Source: Candidatus Poribacteria bacterium (GTDB lineage Bacteria > Poribacteria > WGA-4E > WGA-3G). From it: a DNA stretch of 64,000 nucleotides. The notes under the pieces are model-generated. The model was not told the DNA's origin and did no database searches. It saw only the letters and a list, made by a program, of their open reading frames with translations. This document shows, one piece after another, positions 9,310-19,203 of the stretch. The number at the start of each line of letters is the position of its first letter. Positions within the stretch are counted from its first letter, which is position 1. The translations under genes and the position numbers were made by a program. Location: assembly GCA_965198235.1 (NCBI GenBank), contig OZ240248.1:3040001-3104000 (forward strand), read 5' to 3'.

Positions 9310-10596
9310 ATGTCAATGTACATTGCCCACGGTGGAAAAGACACCGTTATCACATCTGAAGAGAAACGCGCACTTCTACGCGAGGTACTCCTCAAGTTAG
9401 GCGGTGTTCCAAAGAAGATATTGGTAATCCCGCCGGATATAACACGCCTCCACTCAAACGCTGGCGAACTCACCCAACTGCTCTACGAATTGTGGGATGC
9501 CGCAAACGGCACCACGTTCGATATCCTTCCCGCTATCGGTACGCATGCTCCGATGAGCGAACCCCAAATTGCTGAGATGTACGGCGATCTGCCCAAAGCG
9601 ACCTATCATGTCCATCACTGGCGGACTGGACTACACCACTTCGGTGAAGTGCCATCCGAGTTCGTGCAGGAAGTTTCGGGAGGCAAACTCGATTACAGCA
9701 TTCCTGTCGCCGTCAATCGCCGTCTCGTAGAGGGAAACTACGAACTCATCATCTCCGTCGGACAGGTGATTCCGCATGAGGTTATCGGTATCGCCAATGG
9801 ATTTAAGAACATCCTCGTCGGTGCGGGTGGTGTTGAGATGATCAACAAATCCCATTTTTTAGGTGCCGTAGACGGAATGGAACGACTTATGGGACGGACG
9901 GATACCTCTGTCAGAAGGGTACTTAATTACGCGCATGCACACTACCTGAAGCAGCTCGGTATTGTGTATGTTATGAGTGTCATGGATGCCGATAATTCTG
10001 GAGAACGCGTAATGCGTGGACTTTACGTCGGTGATGATGCGTACACTTTTGAGACTGCTGCCGAATTGAGCAGAGCCGTTAATATGACGTTCTTAGACGA
10101 ACCTTTAGCAAAAGTAGTCGTCTATTTGGATCCGAGGGAGTTCAAAAGCACATGGCTCGGTAACAAGGCGATCTATCGCACCCGGATGGCGATGGCGGAC
10201 GATGGCGAGTTGATTATCATCGCACCCGGACTCCGTGAATTCGGTGAGGACGCTGAAATCGATAGGCTCATCCGGAAGTATGGCTATCGAGGCACACCCA
10301 CAACGCTCAATGCTGTCTCAGAAAACCCGGAGTTGCAAGACAACCTTTCCGCCGCTGCACACTTGATTCACGGTAGTACCGAAGGACGTTTCAAGGTCAC
10401 CTACGCGACCGAACACCTCACCCAAGCCGAAATTGAATCGGTCGGCTACCAATGGGCACCTGTGGACGAAGTGCTTGCCGAATACAATCCCGAAATGCTT
10501 ATCGATGGGTTCAACGATGGCGGTTTCTTCTACATTAGCGAACCCGGACAAGGTTTGTGGGCATTGCGCTCTCGGTTTGGTAGGAGGGGTTTGTAA
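9310..10596 (+). CDS. Lactate racemase (LarA/DUF2088)-domain protein, putative sugar-acid epimerase
   Basis: Motifs IPPDITR, AIGTH, HHW, GQVIPHEVIG..NGFKN, KSTWLGNKAIYRTR. Confidence 0.85.
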   Translation: MSMYIAHGGKDTVITSEEKRALLREVLLKLGGVPKKILVIPPDITRLHSNAGELTQLLYELWDAANGTTFDILPAIGTHAPMSEPQIAEMYGDLPKATYHVHHWRTGLHHFGEVPSEFVQEVSGGKLDYSIPVAVNRRLVEGNYELIISVGQVIPHEVIGIANGFKNILVGAGGVEMINKSHFLGAVDGMERLMGRTDTSVRRVLNYAHAHYLKQLGIVYVMSVMDADNSGERVMRGLYVGDDAYTFETAAELSRAVNMTFLDEPLAKVVVYLDPREFKSTWLGNKAIYRTRMAMADDGELIIIAPGLREFGEDAEIDRLIRKYGYRGTPTTLNAVSENPELQDNLSAAAHLIHGSTEGRFKVTYATEHLTQAEIESVGYQWAPVDEVLAEYNPEMLIDGFNDGGFFYISEPGQGLWALRSRFGRRGL

Positions 10597-10633
10597 CCCC
10601 GAAACGAATTTCCATAGGAAGAAGGAGAACAGA

Positions 10634-10852
10634 ATGCAACCCTTCAAGATTATTGTCGAAAAACATACCGATGGCTATGTCGCCTATCCACTCGGATTGA
10701 AAGGTGTTGTTATAGGTCAAGGCGACACCTACGAGGAGAGTGTTGCGGATGTCACTTCAGCAATTCGGTTTTATATTGAGACTTTCGGAAAAGAGGAACT
10801 TGAAATTGAGGAACCTGCCTTGGACGTTTTCGTAACTGAAGTGAATATCTAA
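10634..10852 (+). CDS. hicB: HicB-like antitoxin
   Basis: 72 aa, IIVEKHTDGYVAYPLGLKGVVIGQGDTYEE. Stop overlaps the hicA start. Confidence 0.8.
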   Translation: MQPFKIIVEKHTDGYVAYPLGLKGVVIGQGDTYEESVADVTSAIRFYIETFGKEELEIEEPALDVFVTEVNI

Positions 10853-11091
10853 TGCTTCGTTTTCCAACAGATGCCCCAAAAAACAGAGTTATCCGTGCAT
10901 TAGAACGATTAGGATATCGCATAATCCGTGAACGGAATCATATTTGTATGACGCGTGAAAATTCAGATGGGAGTCGAAGTGTATTGGTTCTGCCAAATCA
11001 TCGTCGTATCAAAGGCTCAACTTTGCGCCGAATTTGTACGCAGGCTGGAATTTCCAGAGATGCTTTTCTGGAAGCTTATAATCTGATATGA
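10852..11091 (+). CDS. hicA: HicA family mRNA interferase toxin
   Basis: 79 aa, RALERLGYRIIRERNHICM...LPNHRRIKGSTLRRICTQAG. Confidence 0.85.
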   Translation: MLRFPTDAPKNRVIRALERLGYRIIRERNHICMTRENSDGSRSVLVLPNHRRIKGSTLRRICTQAGISRDAFLEAYNLI

Positions 11092-11092
11092 A

Positions 11093-11176
11093 GATGGGTT
11101 CAATAACTGCGTTTTTTTCTACATCAGCGAACCTGGACAAGGCTTATGGACACTGCGATCACAGTTCAATAAGTAG
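11093..11176 (+). repeat. Diverged duplicate of the 3' end of the LarA-like gene
   Basis: GATGGGTTCAATAACTGCGTTTTTTTCTACATCAGCGAACCTGGACAAGGCTTATGG resembles 10504-10560 GATGGGTTCAACGATGGCGGTTTCTTCTACATTAGCGAACCCGGACAAGGTTTGTGG. Confidence 0.85.
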
Positions 11177-11199
11177 ATAACGTGTCGTAATCATCGAAA

Positions 11200-11560
11200 T
11201 TGGGGCACCCAGTGCAAAGTCCAAATCCGCGGATAGTTTCTCAGGAAATAGACAGAAATACGGATGTCACCACTTGGGTACTTCCAGAAGGGGCAATTGC
11301 CCGATTAGGACGTGGAAGAGTAGGTGCTGTTGGATTTTCTCCAGATGGAGAGCACCTCGCTATCGTCCCAGTCGCATCCCAATTACTTTTTCACCTGACG
11401 GAAGGCTCCTCATAGGAGCAACCCCCGAAAATACCTTTTCAGTCTGGGATATCGAAACAGGTGAATGTCTTTCTCACCTCACCCAACATTCAGCCATGGT
11501 GATCGCGCTGCTTTTTTCACCATGCGGTGAGTTCCTAACCTCGACTGGATTTTCGGCTAC
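11200..11560 (+). pseudogene. WD40-repeat protein remnant
   Basis: WVLPEGAIARLGRG..FSPDG in one frame, FSPDGRLL..SVWDIETGE..FSPCGEFL in another. Only about three repeats remain before the sequence degenerates. Confidence 0.75.
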
Positions 11561-12030
11561 CGTTTGGGCGTTGATCAGTTGGAGTGTCAGGGGGTTGGTC
11601 AGTTGGAGCCTGATAAGCGTTTTCCTCTTTTATGGGGGGCGATTATTTTCCGATGGCAAGGGGGTTTTCCAAAATTTCTTTAAGATGATAGGTATGTGCC
11701 ATCTCGTTCTGTTGGCAAGCACATGAGGTCACTTCATTTTCACTTTAATCAATATCCCGGCTGATTCTACAGTAGAAGTACCGACTACTACTGAGTGGTT
11801 GACTATGGCATTGATTCTCCTTGTAGGTTACATCTGTTTCGCGGTTAGCCTCGTAGCAGCGGTTCAAACTTTTTTTGAAATTGGGTGGGTTCACGCTTTT
11901 TGTAACGTATGTGTCTCTTATGTTATTTATAGGATTTTGAGAATTTTGAGTCATGCCTTGTGGTATGCTCTGTTTAATTCTGACAATTTTGTTTTGAGAT
12001 CATATCCAACCGACCCGATTTTCCCATAAC

Positions 12031-12738
12031 CTAATGTGGTATCAGCATTTCAGGCAATTCGGACAGGCTCTGAATCGTTTCTTTCCATCTATCTGTTTGT
12101 GTGCTGTCTCGGTCAATCAGTATCGGACGAATCCCTACACCTTGCGCTCCGATGATATCCGCCTCGTAAGTGTCCCCAACATGGACAACTTCTTCCGCCG
12201 AAGCACCGACTGCCGCGAGCGCATAGTTAAAGATATGCGGATCGGGTTTCTCGGACCTGACGCGTGCGTCATGCGAGGCGACAATCGCATCAAAATAGTG
12301 AGCAATGCCGAGTCGTTCGGTAAGCGGATCCAACGGTGTATCCCAATTTGAAACAATCGCTAACTTGAAGCCTTCATCTCGAAAATGTTGAAGTGTCGGA
12401 ACGACATCATCGTAAAGCGTAGCACTGTTCGCCGCAAAGAGGTAGTGCCCAGATTGCAGCAGTTCCCACGCTATTTGCTCCACGTGCTTCTCAATGCCAA
12501 CTTCTCTTATAAATTCACATTCTCGCATCATCACAGTTATCAACGATTCCAGCAGAGAATAATGGATAGTAGGTTCGGGGGCCGATGTGCCGGCAAAGAG
12601 TTTCTTTATTGCTGTGTCACAGCGTTCCCAATTGACCTCAACACCATACCTTTCAGCGATTCTTTCAAGGTTTTCTTCAAGTGAATGCCTATGAAAACAC
12701 AATGTTTCGTAAAAATCAAAGAAGACAGCCTTTACCAT
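12031..12738 (-). CDS. HAD-superfamily hydrolase (subfamily IA)
   Basis: Motifs FFDFYETL, IVSNWD, KPDPHIF, HVGDTYEADIIGA. Confidence 0.92.
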   Translation of the reverse strand: MVKAVFFDFYETLCFHRHSLEENLERIAERYGVEVNWERCDTAIKKLFAGTSAPEPTIHYSLLESLITVMMRECEFIREVGIEKHVEQIAWELLQSGHYLFAANSATLYDDVVPTLQHFRDEGFKLAIVSNWDTPLDPLTERLGIAHYFDAIVASHDARVRSEKPDPHIFNYALAAVGASAEEVVHVGDTYEADIIGAQGVGIRPILIDRDSTQTDRWKETIQSLSELPEMLIPH

Positions 12739-12750
12739 AATTTCCTTGCT

Positions 12751-13464
12751 TTATACACCAGCACGACCCGAAAGCAGTTCTGGTAATTTAGACAAACTCT
12801 GAATCGTCTCTTTCCATCTGCCGACTTGTGTGCCGTCTCGGTCGATGAGTATTGGACGAATCCCCGCATTTCTTGCCCCAAGGATGTCCGCTTCATAAGT
12901 ATCCCCAACATGAACCGCTTCCGCCGCCGAAACTCCGACCGCTGTGAGCGTGTAGTTGAAAATATGCGGATCCGGTTTTGCTGACAGGACGCGCGCATCG
13001 TGTGAGGCGACAATTATATCGAAATAGTGGGCGATACCGAGCCTCTCAGTAAGTGGATCCAAGGGTGTATCCCAATTTGAAACAATCGCTAACTTAAAGC
13101 CCGCATCTCGCAAATATTGAAGTGTCGGAACGGCGTCATCGTAAAGCATAGCATTGCTTGCTGCAAAGAGCGAATGCTCGGATTGCAACAGTTCCCACGT
13201 CATCTGTTCTACATGTTCTTGAACCCCAAGCTCCCTGATAAATTTATAATAACTCTCAATGATTTCTTGCATTGTTCCGAGAAGGGAATGTTCGGTAGGA
13301 TCGGAACCTGACGCATCGGCGTAGAGGTTCTCACGTGCCGTTGCATAACGTTCCCAGTCAATTTCAAACCGGTACCGTTCTGCAATTTTTTGGAGACTCG
13401 CCTCAAGTGGCTGTCCCCAAACACACAATGTCGAGTAAAAGTCAAAGAAAACGGCTTTTATCAT
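12751..13464 (-). CDS. HAD-superfamily hydrolase (subfamily IA), tandem paralogue
   Basis: Motifs FFDFYSTL, IVSNWD, KPDPHIF, HVGDTYEADILGA. Start MIKAVFF at 13464. Confidence 0.92.
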   Translation of the reverse strand: MIKAVFFDFYSTLCVWGQPLEASLQKIAERYRFEIDWERYATARENLYADASGSDPTEHSLLGTMQEIIESYYKFIRELGVQEHVEQMTWELLQSEHSLFAASNAMLYDDAVPTLQYLRDAGFKLAIVSNWDTPLDPLTERLGIAHYFDIIVASHDARVLSAKPDPHIFNYTLTAVGVSAAEAVHVGDTYEADILGARNAGIRPILIDRDGTQVGRWKETIQSLSKLPELLSGRAGV

Positions 13465-13486
13465 GATTTTTTTGGGATGTTCGTCT

Positions 13487-14173
13487 TTAGATGTAGCGGG
13501 TCGGATCGGGAATCCCTGCCTCTTTAAAGCCTCTCTTTCGGAGCAGGCAACTATCACATCCGCCACATGCTTTGCCTTCAGTATCTGGATCGTAGCAACT
13601 TAGAGTGAGGCTGTAATCGACACCGAGTGCTGTGCCAATTTGAATAATCTCCGCCTTCGTTTTATCAATAAGTGGGGCGCGAATTCTCAATTTCGTTTTA
13701 CCTTCAACGCCGGCTTGTGTCGCGAGGTTTGCCATTGTTTGATAGGCATCTATATATTCCGGGCGACAATCCGGATAGCCACTGTAATCAATAGCGTTGG
13801 CTCCGATAAAAATGGTATCAGAGGTGAGAACTTCAGCATAAGCGAGCGCGTAGGAGAGAAAAATTGTGTTTCGGGCGGGGACGTAGGTTATCGGGATGCC
13901 ATTTCCCATTTCTGTCCCAGATCTGTCCTTTGGAACTTCGATATTTGCCGTCAATGCTGATGATCCGAAGGTCCGTAGGTCAATGTCAACGACTATGTGT
14001 TGTCTGGTGCCTAATGCCTTTGCGATGTTTTTGGCACACTGTAGTTCCATTGTGTGTCGCTGACCGTACCGAAAACTCATGCAATATGTATCGTAATCTT
14101 CATCGCGGGCGATAGCGAGCGTTGTTGTTGAGTCTAAGCCGCCACTCAATAGGACGACTGCTTTTTTACGCAA
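13487..14173 (-). CDS. queC: 7-cyano-7-deazaguanine synthase
   Basis: Motifs [29 protein letters not shown]...CGGCDSC. Confidence 0.97.
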   Translation of the reverse strand: MRKKAVVLLSGGLDSTTTLAIARDEDYDTYCMSFRYGQRHTMELQCAKNIAKALGTRQHIVVDIDLRTFGSSALTANIEVPKDRSGTEMGNGIPITYVPARNTIFLSYALAYAEVLTSDTIFIGANAIDYSGYPDCRPEYIDAYQTMANLATQAGVEGKTKLRIRAPLIDKTKAEIIQIGTALGVDYSLTLSCYDPDTEGKACGGCDSCLLRKRGFKEAGIPDPTRYI

Positions 14174-14192
14174 TTCTTTTCCTTTTTTAATT

Positions 14193-14337
14193 GTTCCTTG
14201 CGGTTAGATATCGTGGTTGAAACTTTGGCGTTTTTTTCTTAAATCTGAAGAAATCCGCAGAAATCCACAGAAACACCCTATCAAAAACCCCAAGCAATAC
14301 GCAGAAATACCCAAGCAAAAACACCCCAAGCAAAAAC
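14193..14337 (+). repeat. A/C-rich dispersed repeat with internal 10-15 bp sub-repeats ending in CCCAAGCAAAAAC
   Basis: The 43-bp block 14295-14337 is identical to 55201-55243. Shorter versions at 6266-6289 (reverse strand) and 59638-59661. Confidence 0.85.
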
Positions 14338-14465
14338 CCTTCCATTTCATTACAGGCTATGTGTTTTGAGTCAGTAAAGAGGTGTTAGGACTATCGTAGT
14401 CCTCTTGTAACCGATAACCTACAGTGTGGGACGGCACAAAGCCGTCCCTACAGAAGTCTCGCGAG

Positions 14466-14993
14466 TTACGCCTGTTCAAACTCTAATTTTGCGAAACGCA
14501 TAAAGATGCCGCCACCCGGTCTGGCAAGGGGACCGTTGATCGCTAAGCATGCAATAACATGTTTCGCACCCGGTTCCACGCTTTCCGTAACGACAACACG
14601 TTGGGGTGTGTTGAAACCGGAGGCAGCACCACGTCCAGACTCTCCGAATGCAAGGTCAATTTCGCCATCGACCCAGACTTCGCCGTAGTCGTCAATACAC
14701 GTGTGGAACCACACCTGCGACCCAGCGACTGAGACCCCGTTAACTTCCTCTGGAAGCGTCACGGTAATCCGATACCAACCGAAGCAGAGTCCCTCGGAGA
14801 CGCCTGCTTGGATGTCCTCACAATTTTCCCAATCTGAATCGTCATAGTCGGCGAGACGGGCGGGGCTCTCTTTCATTAGATTAACTAAACCCCCATTAGG
14901 TTCACCGGGAACGAGCCCATCGCCATAACGCCATTCGGAATTGGTGAGTTCACGATGTTCCGCATTTTCTAAATCAAGTTCTGCAATAATCAT
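14466..14993 (-). CDS. Galactose-binding-like (GH2 sugar-binding-like) domain protein
   Basis: Motifs DYDDSDW, GWYRITVTLP, IDDYGEVWVDG. Confidence 0.7.
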   Translation of the reverse strand: MIIAELDLENAEHRELTNSEWRYGDGLVPGEPNGGLVNLMKESPARLADYDDSDWENCEDIQAGVSEGLCFGWYRITVTLPEEVNGVSVAGSQVWFHTCIDDYGEVWVDGEIDLAFGESGRGAASGFNTPQRVVVTESVEPGAKHVIACLAINGPLARPGGGIFMRFAKLEFEQA

Positions 14994-15129
14994 TATGCAT
15001 CCCTTCGTTTTGTAATCGCGGCTTCCAACCGCGGTTTTTGTGGTACAGTGTACACATATTAAGTCCACCTACCGGTTTGTGAAATTAGGTGGTGATCCTC
15101 CCTGAAAAGGGAACAAACACAGCGAAAAC

Positions 15130-16305
15130 TTAATAGTTAAAAGACCAAAGTCTGTAAGCAATACCTGTTGAAAAAATCAGGAAAATTCCTGCGACAATAA
15201 ATGGAACGTGAACAGAGAAGTTAATCAAAAAGCCGCTTGCGACATAGCCGAGAAGAAATCCGGTACTCCACGCTAAATGCGTAAGACCTACTCCGTGTCC
15301 CTTCTCATGAGGCTCGGTAAATTCATTGATAAACCGAGGGATAGTCGTTGAAAGTCCCCACGCCGCGCCTGCGCCGAGTATCCCGAAAACTTCCAGCGCA
15401 ATTAAAGAATCGTGAAAGAACGCCACACCAAAAGCGAGGAGTGTAACAAGTGCGTTCGCCACGAGGGCAGGCGTGCGATGCCCAACTGCATCACATATTC
15501 TCCCAACAGCCAATTGGCACACAAAAGCAAACAGCAGACTCATCGCACCGTAGTAACCTGTCGCTTTGACCCCAGCGATACGGGCGATCAAGATCGGAAT
15601 GAGCAAGTTCACAGATCCCCAATAGTAGGTCGGGAAAACACGTAAACCGATCAGCATCTGTATGTTCCGCCGCCGACTCAGATCGAGGTATGCCGCGACG
15701 TTAAGGGTTGATTTCCATATCCCGTCGCGCCTCCGTTGAGTGCTGGAAGATTGTTGTGCCAACCGAGGGAGAAAGAGACACGCACCTATGAATAGCAAAC
15801 CTGCCAAAGCCACAGCACCGATTCCGAAAACACTATAGTCGATGCGGTCGATGACTTCGCCTGCGATAGCACTTCCAACAGCACTCCCGACAGTCATATT
15901 GATAAAGTACCATCCTGTCGCCCACCCCAATCGGTTTGATGGCACAACGCTGATGAGATAGGTTTGACCACCCGCAGTTTTGAACCCGGATGCGATGCCT
16001 TCATAACAGAGGATGCCCCAGATAAACAACGGCGTTTCTGTCGTGAAAAGCCCACCTACGACGATCGCACCTGTCATTCCGATGAGTATAGTCGGTTTCC
16101 GTCCGAATCGATCGCTGAGCGTTCCCCCTATCAGTGCCGAGATACCACCTAACCCGATAGGCAGTGCGCGCAACAACGCTGCAAACAGTGCCGTCTCTTC
16201 TAAAATCGTCTCCGCGTAGACCGGAAACAGCATCTGGACCGGTCCTGTTACCAAACCGACAACGAACACGATGGCACAAAGAAGAATAAAACCGCGACTC
16301 CACAT
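15130..16305 (-). CDS. MFS transporter
   Basis: About 12 hydrophobic segments; motif A GTLSDRFGRK. Confidence 0.9.
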   Translation of the reverse strand: MWSRGFILLCAIVFVVGLVTGPVQMLFPVYAETILEETALFAALLRALPIGLGGISALIGGTLSDRFGRKPTILIGMTGAIVVGGLFTTETPLFIWGILCYEGIASGFKTAGGQTYLISVVPSNRLGWATGWYFINMTVGSAVGSAIAGEVIDRIDYSVFGIGAVALAGLLFIGACLFLPRLAQQSSSTQRRRDGIWKSTLNVAAYLDLSRRRNIQMLIGLRVFPTYYWGSVNLLIPILIARIAGVKATGYYGAMSLLFAFVCQLAVGRICDAVGHRTPALVANALVTLLAFGVAFFHDSLIALEVFGILGAGAAWGLSTTIPRFINEFTEPHEKGHGVGLTHLAWSTGFLLGYVASGFLINFSVHVPFIVAGIFLIFSTGIAYRLWSFNY

Positions 16306-16412
16306 CTTCAAAGTAGTCGTCAGCCATCAGCAATCAGTAAATCGGACTCTGGCTTATCAGGAGTTCTCTTTACTGAAAGCCGAAAGCAAAGCGACCTGAT
16401 AGCCGATAGCTG

Positions 16413-18047
16413 TTAACAAAAATACCTCATCAGACTATCTGTAATGTTTGGTGCAGCGGTGCCGAGTCCACACGCACTCGTTGCCCTCATAACTGCCCCA
16501 ATCTCCGAAATGAGTGCCTCCGAATTTGGTTGCAAAGGCTCAGACAAAAGTTCTGTCAGTCGATGTGTGCCGATGCGGCAAGGAAAACATTTTCCACAAG
16601 ATTCCTCAGCGAAAAATTCCATTGCGTTGCGTGCGACATCAAGCATATCGCGTGTATCATCAAACACCATAATTCCCGCTGCGCCAAGCATCGCACCCAC
16701 TTTTTGAAAACTCGGTTCATCGATAGTAATATCCAGATCTGCCCCAGCAATAAACCCACCTGATAGTCCTGCTGTCGTAATCGCTTGAATTTCGCGCCCT
16801 TCTGGAGCACCACCTGCCCATTCGTAGAGAAGTGTCTTTAGCGGAAGTCCGAATGGGACCTCGTAGTTCCCCGGTCTCTGGATGTCACCGGAAAGGCTAA
16901 TAATCTTTGTACCTGCCAAGTTTTCGTCACAACTGAGATTTTTATACCACGCTGCGCCGTGTCGTAAAATCTGGACAGCGGCGGCGAGTGTTTCCACGTT
17001 ATTTACAACGGTGGGCAAGTTCTCAAACCCGTGTGTTACAGGGTAAGGCGGACGATTCCTTGGAAACGGATGTTTCCCTTCCAGACTGTTCAATAGCGAC
17101 CCTTCCTCACCGCAGACGTAAGCACCAGCACCCCGTCGAATATAGATATGGAAGTTGAAGTCTTCACCGAGGATGGCATCGCCAAGCAGTCCCGCCGCCT
17201 CTGCTTCTGCGAGTGTGTGTTCAAGTATCTTTAAGGTTTCTGGGTACTCATATCGGAGGTAGATAAACCCGCGCGTCGCACCTGTCGCGTAAGCGGCGAG
17301 CGTCATCCCTTCGATCACGGCGTGTGGGGCGTAATCGAGAATAACTCTATCCTTGAAGCAGCCCGGTTCGCCCTCATCGGCGTTACAAACGATCGTTTTC
17401 GGTTCGCCAGGGGCATTCAAAACCGATTCCCATTTCATACCAGTTGGGAATCCGGCACCACCTCTACCCGCAAGTTGACTCTCTTTAAGCGTTTCAATTA
17501 CATCTGTTTGTGTGAGTGTTGTCAATGCCCGGGTTAACGCTTCATAGCCACCGGTACGTCGGTAGCCCGCTAATGTGTTGTGTTCGGGTTCGCGAATTTC
17601 AGCGAAAATGCATTCTTCGCCATCACTCGGATGTGGCGGTGGCAAAAGGGTAGGTTGCACGGAGAGGGTGTCTACCTGTTTCCCGACGAGTACCTGATGC
17701 CCTTTCAGCACTGGTACACAATCGTCGCACCTTCCGGCACACGGCATTGGGGTCGCGCCTTCATTTTCGAGTGCCTCAAGGATTTCCATTCCACCTTGCA
17801 ACCGACACACGGGTCCAGTACAGACGCGCGGCGCGCTCTGTCCTGGGGCTTCATGGGCAAAATGGTGGTAAAACGTTAACGTACCGAAAAGTTCAGCGAG
17901 TGGAATCCGAAGTCCGACTGCGATGTCGCGAAGAACTGCCTCCGATATAAACCCGTCTCGGTCGTGGAAGGCGTGTAGCAATGCGAGCAGTGGCGCCGGT
18001 TCATCGCGCCACTGTGCAATCACTTCTCGATTCGTCGGAGCTGCCAT
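16413..18047 (-). CDS. NuoE-NuoF fusion flavoprotein (NADH-binding subunit, FdsB/HydB-like)
   Basis: N-terminal 2Fe-2S motif (CTGPVC...C...C), then GRGGAGFPTG, NADEGEPG, GAGAYVCGEE, NNVET, ESCGKCFPCRIG, CGLG. Confidence 0.9.
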   Translation of the reverse strand: MAAPTNREVIAQWRDEPAPLLALLHAFHDRDGFISEAVLRDIAVGLRIPLAELFGTLTFYHHFAHEAPGQSAPRVCTGPVCRLQGGMEILEALENEGATPMPCAGRCDDCVPVLKGHQVLVGKQVDTLSVQPTLLPPPHPSDGEECIFAEIREPEHNTLAGYRRTGGYEALTRALTTLTQTDVIETLKESQLAGRGGAGFPTGMKWESVLNAPGEPKTIVCNADEGEPGCFKDRVILDYAPHAVIEGMTLAAYATGATRGFIYLRYEYPETLKILEHTLAEAEAAGLLGDAILGEDFNFHIYIRRGAGAYVCGEEGSLLNSLEGKHPFPRNRPPYPVTHGFENLPTVVNNVETLAAAVQILRHGAAWYKNLSCDENLAGTKIISLSGDIQRPGNYEVPFGLPLKTLLYEWAGGAPEGREIQAITTAGLSGGFIAGADLDITIDEPSFQKVGAMLGAAGIMVFDDTRDMLDVARNAMEFFAEESCGKCFPCRIGTHRLTELLSEPLQPNSEALISEIGAVMRATSACGLGTAAPNITDSLMRYFC

Positions 18048-18384
18048 CTATTTCTCCAGTCCTGTGACACAAAGAGTGGTTTTTTATGTATCTTACCAAT
18101 TTTCTGGCTTCGCGTCAACGCTTTTTTGGTTTCGTTTGGGGCACTTAGTTTTGTAGAAACGCCCTTTACACTCCACGATAGCCGTCCTAAGAGCAATCTC
18201 CTGACCGCAACTTCTTACCGCTGGCGAGGTTTCCAAACCTCGTCTTTCTTAACTTAGTCCTGTAAGGACGATATGTTTATAGAAATCACGATTTCCAAAC
18301 CCACCAGCCCTGTAAGGGCGGTATGTGTATAGATGCTGAGATGAGAAGAAATTAAACAGCTCTAAATCCTATTCGGTCGGATTC

Positions 18385-19203
18385 TCATTCGGGGACATCC
18401 ACTTTAAAGAGATCTATGAGTTCATTCAACGCTTTCCGCTGCCCGTGATCGCGGCTTTCAAGTTCATGAAGTGCCGCCGGAATCTCGTCCTTATGTGCAT
18501 CGAACGGGAGCCACCAAGATGAGTCCGCATGGTGGAACTGCTTTGCATAGACCCAGCGTAAGAACACCGTCATTCGGGGATAAGCCTTGTGGTTCCACCG
18601 TCGTCCAGCGTGCCGCGTATTTGGCAGAAACACAATGAAATCACCGGCGTTCACCGGGACATTGTGAACCGTCGGTGACGGGTCATCCATCGTGATGTCC
18701 TCTGGATACTGGAAGTTGGATTTGTGGCTTCCCGGAATGCAGGCAAATCCGTTGCTGGGTGGCACATCTACGAGCGAAACGGAGAGATTAAAGAAACTCG
18801 CGAAGATCTCATCGTTAGCGACTTGATATTGGTGTTGTGGACTCCGAAACCAGCCTTTATGTCCGCCGTGCAGTTCCAAACCGTCAGCGTTGGGATAGCA
18901 AATATTCGCTACCACATCAAAGACTCGCGGATGGTTCCAAGTCAGGGCGGTCGCCACGCGCAGGATTTCTGGATTCAAGATAAGCCGTTGGAACGCTTCA
19001 TGTCCATAATGCATGTTGTAGACCCACCACGGCTTCCCCTCTGGGGCGTTGATTCGCATGGGGAGCTTAAAGTCTGCCGCGTCCCATTTGTACCACTCAA
19101 ACATCTGTGCCTTCATCAGTTCAACATCCGCTTCCGGCACGGCGTTACGCACTACAAAATAGCCGAGCAGATCAAGATGCCATTTTTCTTCCTGTGTCAG
19201 CAT
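18385..19203 (-). CDS. Phytanoyl-CoA dioxygenase (PhyH) family protein
   Basis: LGYFVVRN, CIPGSHK, AGDFIVF...HAG. Confidence 0.85.
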   Translation of the reverse strand: MLTQEEKWHLDLLGYFVVRNAVPEADVELMKAQMFEWYKWDAADFKLPMRINAPEGKPWWVYNMHYGHEAFQRLILNPEILRVATALTWNHPRVFDVVANICYPNADGLELHGGHKGWFRSPQHQYQVANDEIFASFFNLSVSLVDVPPSNGFACIPGSHKSNFQYPEDITMDDPSPTVHNVPVNAGDFIVFLPNTRHAGRRWNHKAYPRMTVFLRWVYAKQFHHADSSWWLPFDAHKDEIPAALHELESRDHGQRKALNELIDLFKVDVPE

